Source: Acidobacteriota bacterium (GTDB lineage: Bacteria; Acidobacteriota; UBA6911; RPQK01; JAJDTT01). From it: a stretch of 64,000 bases of DNA. Shown here piece by piece: positions 39,745-48,482 of this stretch (positions are counted from its first letter, which is position 1; each line of letters begins with the position of its first letter). The DNA lies in the NCBI GenBank assembly GCA_965217775.1, contig CBDCJH010000002.1, forward strand, positions 1,312,001 through 1,376,000, in the 5' to 3' direction. The position numbers were made by a program, and so were the translations under genes. A model generated the notes under the pieces. It was not told the origin of the DNA. It worked only from the letters and a program-made list of their open reading frames with translations, and made no database searches.

Positions 39745-41412
39745 GTGAGCCTCCAGCGATACGAAAAGCGTCCATGTGGGTATTCGAGGTGTTCCAACCG
39801 CTTCGACGTCGTTGTGGGCCGTCGTGGGCGTCGTCGTGAGTATTGTCAGGCATCGTGCCGGGTGGCGGCCTGGAACCTGCGTAAACGGACCCATGAACCG
39901 CAGCCTGTGAAGGTGAAGGTTCCCAAGGACCCGTTCAGTGCATTGTGTTCGTGGGCGAAGGACACACTACGAATCCCTCCTGGACATCCCTTGTCCGGGC
40001 AGCCCATGTCCATTCCCAGGTTCGCCAAGCCCTTCCTCAAAGATGCGCTGGACCCTTCCAAATCCGAGTGCGCTCTGGTTTTGGGAAGGAAGAACGCAAA
40101 ATCTGCCATCTGCGCTGTGATTCTCTTGGGGTTTCTTGTGGGTCCCGTTCGGGCACATGGCTGGCGAGCGGGAATCTGTTCCATCTCCAAGGCGAAATCC
40201 AGGGAGTTGCGGGACCAGGTGGAGGACATCGCCAAGGCATCGGGACTGTCCGAAGACATCCTCTTCCGGAGATCCCCTTATCCGGGGTCCATCGAATCGA
40301 GCACCGGCAAGGTGGAGATCCTTTCAAGTGAAGGTGGTGGAGGACATTCTTCTTCCTTCGACCTTTCCATCATCGACGAAACGGGATTGCTCAAGGAGAA
40401 GGACCGGGGACTGGTCAACAGCATGAGGTCGGCGACTTCGGCGAAGGACGGCAAGGTTCTTCATCTGAGCATCTATGGAGACTCTCCTTTCATTCCGGAG
40501 TTGATCGGGATGAGGCACGAGCCCTTCATCAGCGTTCACGTTCATCAGGCGGACGAGGGTGCCCGTCTCGATGACCCGAAGCAGTGGAAGAAAGCGAATC
40601 CGGGGTTGGGGACCATCAAATCCATCTCCTACATGGAGAAGGCGGCAAGGAGGGCCATGCTCACCCCAAGCGACGAGGCCCACTTCCTGGCTCAGGACAT
40701 GAACAGGCCGGGGTCTCCGGATCGGATGATGCTTTGTTCGCCGTCGGACTGGGAACGGTGTCGGGTTCCAGTTCTTCCCCCGCGTTCGGGTCCCTGCCGC
40801 ATGGGGGTGGACCTTGGGGGCAGTTCTGCCATGACCTGCGCGGTTCTGTGGTTTCCCGACACGGGCCGCATGGAGACCTATGGAGCCCTGCCGGGGGTGC
40901 CGTCGATCAAGCACCGGCAACGGAAAGACCAATCCCGCTACGATCTCATGTGCCGATCCGGGGAGTTGCAGGTCTATGCAGGACATCGAACCGTTCCGGT
41001 GGACAAGTTCCTCCGTTACATGGCGGATGTCGTAAAGGGGGAGAATCTGGTCTCCATCGGTTCAGACCGATACCGGGATGCTGAAACGAGGCAGTTCGTC
41101 GACCAATCCGGACTCCCGTGGTTGAGGAAGTGGCTGTGGAGAGGCACGGGAGCATCGGCCACGGCGGACGGCAGCCATGACATTCGATCTTTCCAGCGTG
41201 CGGTCCTGAACCAGGAGATCAAGCACGACGGCGGCCTGATGATGTCATCGGCCATCAGTAACTCCAGCTTGAGGTTCCGGAACAACAACCCGGCCCTGGA
41301 GCGTTCTGGCCCTGGTCGAGTCGATGCCCTGCAAGCGGGAGTCATTGCCGTGGGGACCAGCACGGTCAAGGTGGCGAGATCCAGTTGGCGATACCGGGGG
41401 CGGGTTGGATGA
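39745..41412 (+). CDS. terL: Terminase large subunit with N-terminal Cys-finger extension
   Basis: Walker A variant LGRKNAKS, Walker B SIIDE, WKKANPGL, nuclease GVDLGG, SDRYR, VDALQA. N-terminal CGYSRC...YCQASC. Confidence 0.85.
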   Translation: MSLQRYEKRPCGYSRCSNRFDVVVGRRGRRREYCQASCRVAAWNLRKRTHEPQPVKVKVPKDPFSALCSWAKDTLRIPPGHPLSGQPMSIPRFAKPFLKDALDPSKSECALVLGRKNAKSAICAVILLGFLVGPVRAHGWRAGICSISKAKSRELRDQVEDIAKASGLSEDILFRRSPYPGSIESSTGKVEILSSEGGGGHSSSFDLSIIDETGLLKEKDRGLVNSMRSATSAKDGKVLHLSIYGDSPFIPELIGMRHEPFISVHVHQADEGARLDDPKQWKKANPGLGTIKSISYMEKAARRAMLTPSDEAHFLAQDMNRPGSPDRMMLCSPSDWERCRVPVLPPRSGPCRMGVDLGGSSAMTCAVLWFPDTGRMETYGALPGVPSIKHRQRKDQSRYDLMCRSGELQVYAGHRTVPVDKFLRYMADVVKGENLVSIGSDRYRDAETRQFVDQSGLPWLRKWLWRGTGASATADGSHDIRSFQRAVLNQEIKHDGGLMMSSAISNSSLRFRNNNPALERSGPGRVDALQAGVIAVGTSTVKVARSSWRYRGRVG

Positions 41413-41711
41413 AGCGGTTGCACTCTCGAGAAATGGGGCGCCTGAGACGGCGGCTTTACAAGGAGCAGCAGAACAGGTGCGCGAAGTGTGGGCTGTTGTT
41501 CTTGTTGAGGGAGATGGAGGTCCACCACGTTCAGCCACTCGCCGAGGGCGGAACCCACGACGACGATAACGTCCAGCTTTGGTGCCTGGATGACCACCAT
41601 GAGGCCACTCGATATCAGAACACCGATCCCGCCATTCGTGACCAGAAGAGAGACTGGCGGGTGTTTCTACGAACGGAAGAACAAAGAATCTTTAGGAGGG
41701 TTCGAGCATGA
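41409..41711 (+). CDS. HNH endonuclease (terminase-associated type)
   Basis: CAKC, EVHHVQPLAEGG, NVQLWCLDDH. ATGA overlaps at both ends. Confidence 0.85.
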   Translation: MKRLHSREMGRLRRRLYKEQQNRCAKCGLLFLLREMEVHHVQPLAEGGTHDDDNVQLWCLDDHHEATRYQNTDPAIRDQKRDWRVFLRTEEQRIFRRVRA

Positions 41712-42979
41712 CCACGAAACAGAAACTGGAACTCCGGCGGAGTGAAGTCAGATCCAGGCTGGCCGAGATCGCCGGTCTGGACGAGTTGACGGACGAGATC
41801 CGCACCGAGTCCAAGGCACTGGAAACCGAGTTTGCCGACTTGGAGACGAGATACAGGGCGGCTCTGCTTTCCGAGCAGGACAACGGCAAGCTGGACGAGA
41901 CCGATACCAAGGGCCGGAAGCTCCGGAGCTTGGTCAAGAGGGCATCCCTTGTGAGCTATCTCTCGGAGAGCGTGCGCCAGAACGAGGTCCGGTCCGGATC
42001 TGCGGAGGCGGAGCTCAGGTCCGAGTTGTTGGGTAAGAACGCCCAGCCCGGACAGGTCCCCCTGGCGGTGCTCGCTCCGGAGGTCGTGAAGGAACGGAAA
42101 CGGGAGACTCGCGCCACCGATACGGCTACGGATGTGGGGGCCATCGGAATTCCGAACCGGCAAAACCAGATCATCCGGAGGGTGTTCTCGCAGAGCGCCA
42201 CTTCGTTCTTGGGAATCAGAATGCCCAGCGTCGCAATCGGCGAAACGTCGTTCCCGTACCTGAGCGCCGGGGTCAGTCCTGCGATGAAGGCCAAGGGGGC
42301 GCGTGCGGATGCGGAGGCGGCCACCTTCTCGGCCGAGTCCGTTGGGCCAACCCGTCTCAGTGCCCGATACCTGTTGAGGGTCGAGGACCTGCACCGTCTG
42401 GCCGGTATGGAAAGTGCGCTCAGGGCTGATTTGCGCGGCTCCCTGAGTGAAAGCCTTGATGCCCAGACCCTTGTTGGCGACGGAGTCGCCCCGAACGTGA
42501 CCGGGTTGTTGTCTGAACTGCCTGCGGCTGCGGCAGCGGGTGCGGCGGAGTTCTCGTGGCAGGAGGCGGTGCAAGTGATCGCCGATCAGGTCGACGGAAA
42601 ATATGCCGCCGATCCGAGCATGGTCCGGATGCTCTGTGCGAGTGATTTGTACTCGAAAATGGCCATCCGATTGGTGGCGGCCTCCTCAAGCGGCTCAAGT
42701 GTGAGCGCGGCATCGAGGTACATCCAGGAAATCAGCGGCGGACTGCGAGTCAGCGCGAACATGCCAGCCGCCGACTCCAACATCTCCACGGTGCTGTTAA
42801 GTCGGATGGGACACGCCGGCGCTTTTGCCCCGATCTGGGGAAATTCGTTCGAGCTCATTCGCGACCCGTATAGCCATTCGGCCACTGGCGAGGTGGCTCT
42901 GACGGCGATCATTTTGTGGGCATTCGTGGTGCCCCGTGAAGACGTTTTCGCACTGCGGAAGCTGAGAATCGCGGTCTGA
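41708..42979 (+). CDS. Major capsid protein, HK97 fold with N-terminal coiled-coil (delta-like) domain
   Basis: 423 aa; coiled-coil N-terminus; P..LSARY, LRADLRGSL, GDGVAPNVTGL, ELIRDPYS; located in the head module. Confidence 0.8.
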   Translation: MTTKQKLELRRSEVRSRLAEIAGLDELTDEIRTESKALETEFADLETRYRAALLSEQDNGKLDETDTKGRKLRSLVKRASLVSYLSESVRQNEVRSGSAEAELRSELLGKNAQPGQVPLAVLAPEVVKERKRETRATDTATDVGAIGIPNRQNQIIRRVFSQSATSFLGIRMPSVAIGETSFPYLSAGVSPAMKAKGARADAEAATFSAESVGPTRLSARYLLRVEDLHRLAGMESALRADLRGSLSESLDAQTLVGDGVAPNVTGLLSELPAAAAAGAAEFSWQEAVQVIADQVDGKYAADPSMVRMLCASDLYSKMAIRLVAASSSGSSVSAASRYIQEISGGLRVSANMPAADSNISTVLLSRMGHAGAFAPIWGNSFELIRDPYSHSATGEVALTAIILWAFVVPREDVFALRKLRIAV

Positions 42980-42982
42980 GTC

Positions 42983-43405
42983 ATGCCGATCGGCATCTTG
43001 AGAGGTCCAGCCGGAGCCGGTAAGTCCCAGTGGTTCGACGAGAACGCCGAACCGGGCGACTTGTGGCTTGACATCACGGCAATCTGGGCCGCCGTCCGGG
43101 GTCTCGAAAGGGGTCCCGATGGTCGCTATCCGGTGCGCTTGGACGACGACCAGGGCCTACGAATGGCTGCCTATCTGAAGGCCACCGGGATCGCCTTTGC
43201 CGAGCGTGAGGGCCTGGACGGATGGGCTACGACCAGTTCATCGGCACCGGAGGCCGTGGAGCGGATTCGGGAGCAGGGGGCAACGGGTCGGGCGCAAACC
43301 ATAGATCCTGGTGAAGCCGTCGTTCGGCGCAGGCTTGCCGATCCCGACACCGGCGAGTTGGACCCTCAATGTGATTCCGCGCTGTTGCGTTGGTACAGCG
43401 TATGA
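42983..43405 (+). CDS. Small P-loop protein in the head module
   Basis: ILRGPAGAGKS Walker A, 140 aa; ATGA-coupled to the protease. Confidence 0.65.
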   Translation: MPIGILRGPAGAGKSQWFDENAEPGDLWLDITAIWAAVRGLERGPDGRYPVRLDDDQGLRMAAYLKATGIAFAEREGLDGWATTSSSAPEAVERIREQGATGRAQTIDPGEAVVRRRLADPDTGELDPQCDSALLRWYSV

Positions 43406-43851
43406 AGATTGTTACGAACGTTGAAATCCGGGAGTCGTCCAAGGGAGTCAAGCGGCTCCACGCCGTCCTCATCCAAGAGGGCCGAGCCTCCACTGGAGGC
43501 CGTTCGGAGGTGATCATACCCGGAGCAATCACATGGCCCGATGCCGGGATTTCTTTAAGGGCCGTGCATCGGGGTCCCGCCATAGGAGTGGCGCATCCGG
43601 CGAGGCATCCGAACGGGGAAATCAGGATTGCCACGTTAGCGACCGGTGCCGTGATCCAGGCTGTCGAGTCAGGCAAGACCGGCATGAGCATCGAGTTCAC
43701 GGCGCTTCGCGAGAAAACCACCAAAGGCGGAATCCGTGAGGTACAGGCTGCTTATGTGGATGCTGCCGCACTCGTGAGCAATCCCGAATATGAGCAGGGC
43801 CGGGCCGAGATCCGATCCCGGAAGCGGAGGTCACAGCTATGGCGACTCTGA
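43402..43851 (+). CDS. HK97-type prohead protease
   Basis: EVIIPGA, His in AVHRG, GMSIEF (catalytic Ser), ALVSNPEY...EIRS. Confidence 0.75.
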   Translation: MKIVTNVEIRESSKGVKRLHAVLIQEGRASTGGRSEVIIPGAITWPDAGISLRAVHRGPAIGVAHPARHPNGEIRIATLATGAVIQAVESGKTGMSIEFTALREKTTKGGIREVQAAYVDAAALVSNPEYEQGRAEIRSRKRRSQLWRL

Positions 43852-44231
43852 GCCCCTGGCCCGAAAGTGTGGGAGACCGAAACGCGGCTCTCCGTGAACT
43901 GGAACGCCATCTTAAGTATCCCGAGATCGACATCGACATCGGGGAGGAACGGGAGCGGCTGGAACTGGTCGGGGAGGCGGCTTCGGCCCTGGTCGAGCGG
44001 TACAGTCCTGGAGCTCCACAACGTATTCGGGATTTGGCCGTCGTCAGGACGTGTCAATACCTGCTTGCCCGATCCGGTGCCAGCGTGTCCAAGGTGACGG
44101 AGGAGTTGGGGGACTGGAACCACACCTTGGAATTCATGCCCAGTATGGTTTCGGCGCTCCGGGCGTCCGGATCAATGTCCCTATTGAGTCCCTTCAAGAT
44201 CCGCAGGGCGCGAAAGGTGACGGCGGCATGA
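43839..44231 (+). CDS. Head-tail connector-like protein (gp6/gp15-like)
   Basis: AASALVERY, AVVRTCQYL and SLLSPFKIRR match the connector pattern and size. Confidence 0.65.
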   Translation: MATLSPWPESVGDRNAALRELERHLKYPEIDIDIGEERERLELVGEAASALVERYSPGAPQRIRDLAVVRTCQYLLARSGASVSKVTEELGDWNHTLEFMPSMVSALRASGSMSLLSPFKIRRARKVTAA

Positions 44232-45304
44232 AGTGGCAGGGACGGGAGGTCGACTTCGGTTTACGTGAGACTCGATCCAGCGGGTACACGGACCGGTTGA
44301 CCCAGCTCCTGGTGAGTCAGGCATCCACCGTGACCGAGACCGATCCCTCCCGGACTGGCGCTCTGGAGGTCTGCGCCGGGATTTGGGGCCGCGCCTTCGC
44401 ATCCGTGAAAGTGGAGCCGCAGACGGCGGCGCAGGTGCTCTCTCCCAACGTCCTGAACTTGATCGGCCGCCAACTGATCCGACAGGGTGAAGTCCTGTTC
44501 CGGGTCCAGGTGGTCAATGGTCAGCGCGTCCTGACCCCTTCGAGCGCCTGGGATGTCTCGGGAGGCGCGGACCCGTCCACATGGAGATTCACATGCTCTT
44601 TCAGCGGACCCGACTCCGAACAGGAGGCTACGCTGGAGTGGGACGAGGTGGTTCTGCTGACCTGGGCCACCGAGCCTGGAGCGCTCTACCGGGGCCTGGG
44701 ACCGCTTGAGGTGGGAGACTTGACCGGATCCCTGTGTGGGTCCTTGGAGAAGTCCCTCAGCAGCGAAATGGCGACGCCCAACGGATACTTGCTGACGGTC
44801 CCACAAGTGGACGAAGTGCCGGATGACGAGACCGATCCACTCGAAGATATGAGGGCCGATTTGAAGGGGCTCGACGGCGGTCTTTCATTGGTCGAAACGA
44901 CTCAAGGCGGGGGCGGCGAAGGCCGGGTAGCGGCTCCGGCGCGGGATTGGGTTCCGTCCCGGCTCGGTCCGTCTCCTCCCAAGGCGTTGTGCGACCTGCG
45001 CGAGGATGTCCACAGGACGGTCTTGTCCGCCTGCGGGATCTCCCCGGCGATGGTCGGCGGGCGTTCGGACGGAACTGCAAGGCGAGAAGCCTACCGAACA
45101 TTTGCGCATCTGTCCTTGACCCCAATGGGCCGGATGGTTGCAGCGGAACTGGCGGACAAGCTGGAGATCCCTGGCCTTCGATTCAACTGGTCGAACCTGA
45201 TGGCGGGAGACATCACAGGCAAGGCGAGGGCGTTCAGGAGCTTGGTTCAGGGCGGCATGGACGTAGCGAAAGCCGCCAGCCTCTCGGGGCTGATGACGGA
45301 TTGA
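44228..45304 (+). CDS. Phage portal protein
   Basis: ALEVCAGIWGRAFAS, QLIRQGE, YRGLGPL, VLSACGISPAMV, ELADKL; 358 aa. Confidence 0.78.
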   Translation: MKWQGREVDFGLRETRSSGYTDRLTQLLVSQASTVTETDPSRTGALEVCAGIWGRAFASVKVEPQTAAQVLSPNVLNLIGRQLIRQGEVLFRVQVVNGQRVLTPSSAWDVSGGADPSTWRFTCSFSGPDSEQEATLEWDEVVLLTWATEPGALYRGLGPLEVGDLTGSLCGSLEKSLSSEMATPNGYLLTVPQVDEVPDDETDPLEDMRADLKGLDGGLSLVETTQGGGGEGRVAAPARDWVPSRLGPSPPKALCDLREDVHRTVLSACGISPAMVGGRSDGTARREAYRTFAHLSLTPMGRMVAAELADKLEIPGLRFNWSNLMAGDITGKARAFRSLVQGGMDVAKAASLSGLMTD

Positions 45305-45656
45305 CGATAAACCCGCAGACCAGGACATGACGCTGGCAGCGGGCCGTCACTTGAAGATACACAGGTGATGGAAAACTCCCCGGTCGTGGGAACGGCGGGG
45401 AGTGAGTCAGGTTGTCCATGATGAGTTCGACCTGACAACAGTGGGGCGGGTGCTTCGAACACGCCCGCCCCATCTTCCTCCCCCGCACGTAAGGGACCCT
45501 GCCCCATGGTTGGCCGGGCGTAGACTACCGGTGTCGGAGTGCACCCTACGTCCGCCACACGATTCCCTGGCCATCGGCGGCCCGTGCTGTCCTGGAGGTG
45601 TCAAAGCCATACCTGAGGACCCTCGAAACGCTCAGGCGCTCCTCTTGACTGGGCTT

Positions 45657-46640
45657 TCAGTCATCTTCCATGAACCGCGCGACGGCGTTCTTCTTGGCCC
45701 GTTCTCCCGAGACGTAATGGACGACCATCGCCGGACTTTTCCAGCCGCCGATCTCGGCAACGTCTTGCAAGCTAGCTCCCCGCCGCGTCAGTTCTTGAGC
45801 ACATCCTCTCCGCAAGGAATGGCCTCGGACTCGTTTCAACTCCACCCCGGCCTGCCGGGCGCGGACCCGGATAATGCGGCGCACGGTGTCGGTATGCAGA
45901 TCTTTGTCCAGAACGTTCGTGTTGGTGCAAGGACGGAAGAGCGGCCCGGTCTGGATTCGGGCTCTCTTGATCCACGCTCGCAGCAGCCGGGACGCGCGTT
46001 TCGTCAGGTAGCCATTACGTCCCGATCCCTGCGGGTCCGTCTTGCTCCGGCGGACGACGATCAGCGCCGATCCGTCCGCTTGAAAGGACACGTCTTCGAT
46101 TTCCAGGGCGCAGAGCTCACCGATCCGCAGGCAGCCGTCGTACATGACGCTGAGCAAGGCGGCGTCCCGGGTCCCCCAGAGCGGCCGGAACGTGGACTCG
46201 ATGATGGCCGACCCCACCATCTCCCGGACTTCATCGGCGCTCAGTCCCCGAGCCAGCTTGGTGCCCCGGTTCCAACCTTCTTTGGAGACGATACCGAGGA
46301 CTTCCTTGGTCTGCTCTCCAACCGGATCCAGCTCGTCTTTGGCCCTGGACCGCCATCTCGCGGCGTTGACGATCCCCCGGACGCTGGCCGGGGCGAGGCT
46401 GTCCGCGTCGAAGCGATGCTCGCAATACTCGGCCAGCAGGTCGTCGGTCAGATCACGACCTGCCAACCACTCGTCCAGTTTTCTCCAGACGTTTCGATAG
46501 GTTCGGCGGGAATTGGCGCTCAGCTTGCGGAGCTTGCGCCGGTAGCGGATGTCAGCCCGTGTCTGCATGACTGGTGTCCTTTCGGGTTCGGGTTCCCGTA
46601 CCGCGCGGCAGGCCGGGGTGAATTGAAGGATTCGTGCCAT
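45657..46640 (-). CDS. int: Tyrosine recombinase/integrase, Cre-like
   Basis: RDAALL...LRIGEL (R), RSKTD (K), HSLRRG (HxxR), GGWKSPAMVVHY (W, Y). GAGGAGG RBS; adjacent to attR. Confidence 0.92.
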   Translation of the reverse strand: MARILQFTPACRAVREPEPERTPVMQTRADIRYRRKLRKLSANSRRTYRNVWRKLDEWLAGRDLTDDLLAEYCEHRFDADSLAPASVRGIVNAARWRSRAKDELDPVGEQTKEVLGIVSKEGWNRGTKLARGLSADEVREMVGSAIIESTFRPLWGTRDAALLSVMYDGCLRIGELCALEIEDVSFQADGSALIVVRRSKTDPQGSGRNGYLTKRASRLLRAWIKRARIQTGPLFRPCTNTNVLDKDLHTDTVRRIIRVRARQAGVELKRVRGHSLRRGCAQELTRRGASLQDVAEIGGWKSPAMVVHYVSGERAKKNAVARFMEDD

Positions 46641-46730
46641 GTGTAACCTCCTCGGTTGCCCTCTACCTATCTCTTTCACCAAAACGAAAACGATCGAGGG
46701 CATTATTTTTTGAGGAGCGGTCTCGGAGAG

Positions 46731-46742
46731 CACCTGCTATCC
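46731..46742 (+). repeat. attR core (CACCTGCTATCC)
   Basis: Direct repeat of 36999-37010, about 90 bp upstream of the integrase start. Confidence 0.85.
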
Positions 46743-47583
46743 GGACGAGGACTGCGATCGTCTACCTGGCGGCGGACCGCCAGGCTACCGCTGGCGCTAT
46801 GATGTCGAAGGGAAGAACGGAACCGCGTACGAGTTTTCCGTCGGCCGCAGGTTCAGCCATCTCCGAGTGGAATTTTCGGTCACCCGGCAGAAGAACGACC
46901 TCGAATCGGACTTTTCCGGGATCAGCTACGTGGACGGATCCCCCATCCTCTCCATCGAAACCGACCTTCAGGCGGAAGGAAGTTCCTCGGTCGGGGATCT
47001 GATCGCCCGCACGCTGTCGTTGAACCTCTACTATGACTTTCCGATGGCGTCGAATCGCTTTGCGCCTTATCAGCCCGTGGCAAAAGTCATCACGGCATTC
47101 GACCGTCCCTGCATCCCGGCGGACGGCGTTGCGATTCGGGCACATACTCCCGGTATGCACCCGAATCGCGCCTTGTCCGGCGGGCGCAGGAACGGTCTCG
47201 GTGCTCGCGGGACTTTCACCACGGACTGTTATGTCGGCGCAGGACTGGGGGCTTCCTTTGTCGAAGTGACCGATCTGTTTTATGAGAGCTCGTACAGCGG
47301 TCCCGGCGGGCCCTACGATCCTCCCTTGGAGTTTTACTCCAGTCGGACCAACGAGAACCTGTCCGATACGATTCTGGCGAAACACCTGTACGTCGGCGTC
47401 GACTTCGGATTGAGTGAAAGGACGCTGTTGGGCGTGAAGTTGTCCCACCTGCGGATGGGGGACTTCGCGGCCACGGGGGGCTACGACTTCCATCCGATCC
47501 CGGGATTGACCAGCGAGACCCGGTTCAGCGGCATGAACCACTGGTTGCTGGGGCTCACCGTCAAGTTGTTGCTCGGCCGCTGA
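46743..47583 (+). pseudogene. 3' half of the interrupted outer-membrane beta-barrel gene (OmpW/opacity-like small barrel)
   Basis: DEDCDRLP...YEFSVGRRFSHLRVEFS, LSLNLYYDF, PY/YVGAGLG, GVKLSHLR, WLLGLTVKL. In frame with 36823 across att. Confidence 0.8.
47071..47228. mobile_element. MITE family A, copy 2, inserted in frame in the OMP gene
   Basis: Ends CAGCCCGTGGCAAAAGTC and GACTTTCACCACGGACTG; TTAT at 47067-47070 and 47229-47232; 158+4 = 162 bp = 54 codons. Confidence 0.85.
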
Positions 47584-47631
47584 CCGGCAAACACCGACCT
47601 GGAACCAATCTGGGCCGTGCCATACCCGTGG

Positions 47632-48447
47632 TCAGAGTTCCAGCTTGCCCTCGAAGACCATATCCTTGAGCTTGAACTTCTTGGCGACCTTACGACCCAT
47701 GAGCCGTGTGATGAACTCGATGTTCTTTTCCTTCACGATGATGGGGTTCGACGTGGGGCGGGGAAAGACGAAGATCAACTCGAAGCCGGACTGGCCGGTT
47801 CGCGCGTTCAGAAGATTAACCTGTTCCTTTCTCATCTGAACGGCCTGAAGAGAAATGGGCTCGCGGCCCTTGACCTTGAGGAAAGATTCGGACCTGAGGC
47901 GTTCGATGACCGCCTGCCGCCGATCGGGGGGAATCCTCGTCATGCGGGCGGGCAGTCCGGAGACGCCGATGATGAAGTAGTTCTCTTCCGGAGCCAGGAG
48001 TTCGGCCAACTCGGCCGTCGTCTCGGCCTGATCTCCGAACCGGGCTCGAGCGAATGCCTGCTTGATGGGCAGGGCGCTGTACCATCGCAGCGTCAGATTG
48101 ATGGCCGGGGGAAACCCCCGTCCCATTCCACGACCGCCAAAGCCTCGCCCCCCGCCTCGACCTCCGCCACCTCGACCTCCGCCGCCTCGACCCCCACCCG
48201 TGCCTAAGCCGCGCCCCGACCGGTTGGGCCCGTCGCGACGACCCGTGCGCATGGTGGTTCCAGTGACTCCCGGGCGCCGCTGCAAGCTCACGGTCAGCTC
48301 CTTTGCCCAGGGGGACTTGTTGAGCATCCGCATCACTTCCTTCTCGGACCAGTCGGAGTACGCGGATTCCTTCCAGAATTTACGGGGCCAGACCGGGGTC
48401 GTGGTCAGCAACAGGATGCAGGAGACAAGCAGGAACGATTTCCTCAT
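47632..48447 (-). CDS. Secreted hypothetical protein with Gly/Arg-rich segment
   Basis: Signal peptide, WSEKEV..ML..SPWAK, GGRGGG repeats, RWYSALPIKQA, KFKLKDMVFEGKLEL. Confidence 0.7.
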   Translation of the reverse strand: MRKSFLLVSCILLLTTTPVWPRKFWKESAYSDWSEKEVMRMLNKSPWAKELTVSLQRRPGVTGTTMRTGRRDGPNRSGRGLGTGGGRGGGGRGGGGRGGGRGFGGRGMGRGFPPAINLTLRWYSALPIKQAFARARFGDQAETTAELAELLAPEENYFIIGVSGLPARMTRIPPDRRQAVIERLRSESFLKVKGREPISLQAVQMRKEQVNLLNARTGQSGFELIFVFPRPTSNPIIVKEKNIEFITRLMGRKVAKKFKLKDMVFEGKLEL

Positions 48448-48482
48448 GGGCTAACCTCGTTTCTCAGGCGACGGCCACGAAT

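Larger units (their letters stand above)
36999..46742. mobile_element. Integrated tail-less capsid-encoding phage-satellite-like element (cf-PICI-like); predicted 9,732-bp excision circle
   Basis: att repeats, tyrosine recombinase at the right end, HK97-type head and packaging genes, interrupted host gene. Confidence 0.85.

Noticed and set aside
45305-45656. Possible ncRNA or cargo gene between portal and integrase
   Set aside because: I could not identify a convincing ORF, repeat or known RNA structure by eye.
36999-46742. Gene transfer agent or complete prophage
   Set aside because: An integrase and att sites argue against a GTA. The absence of tail, lysis and replication genes argues against an autonomous tailed phage.
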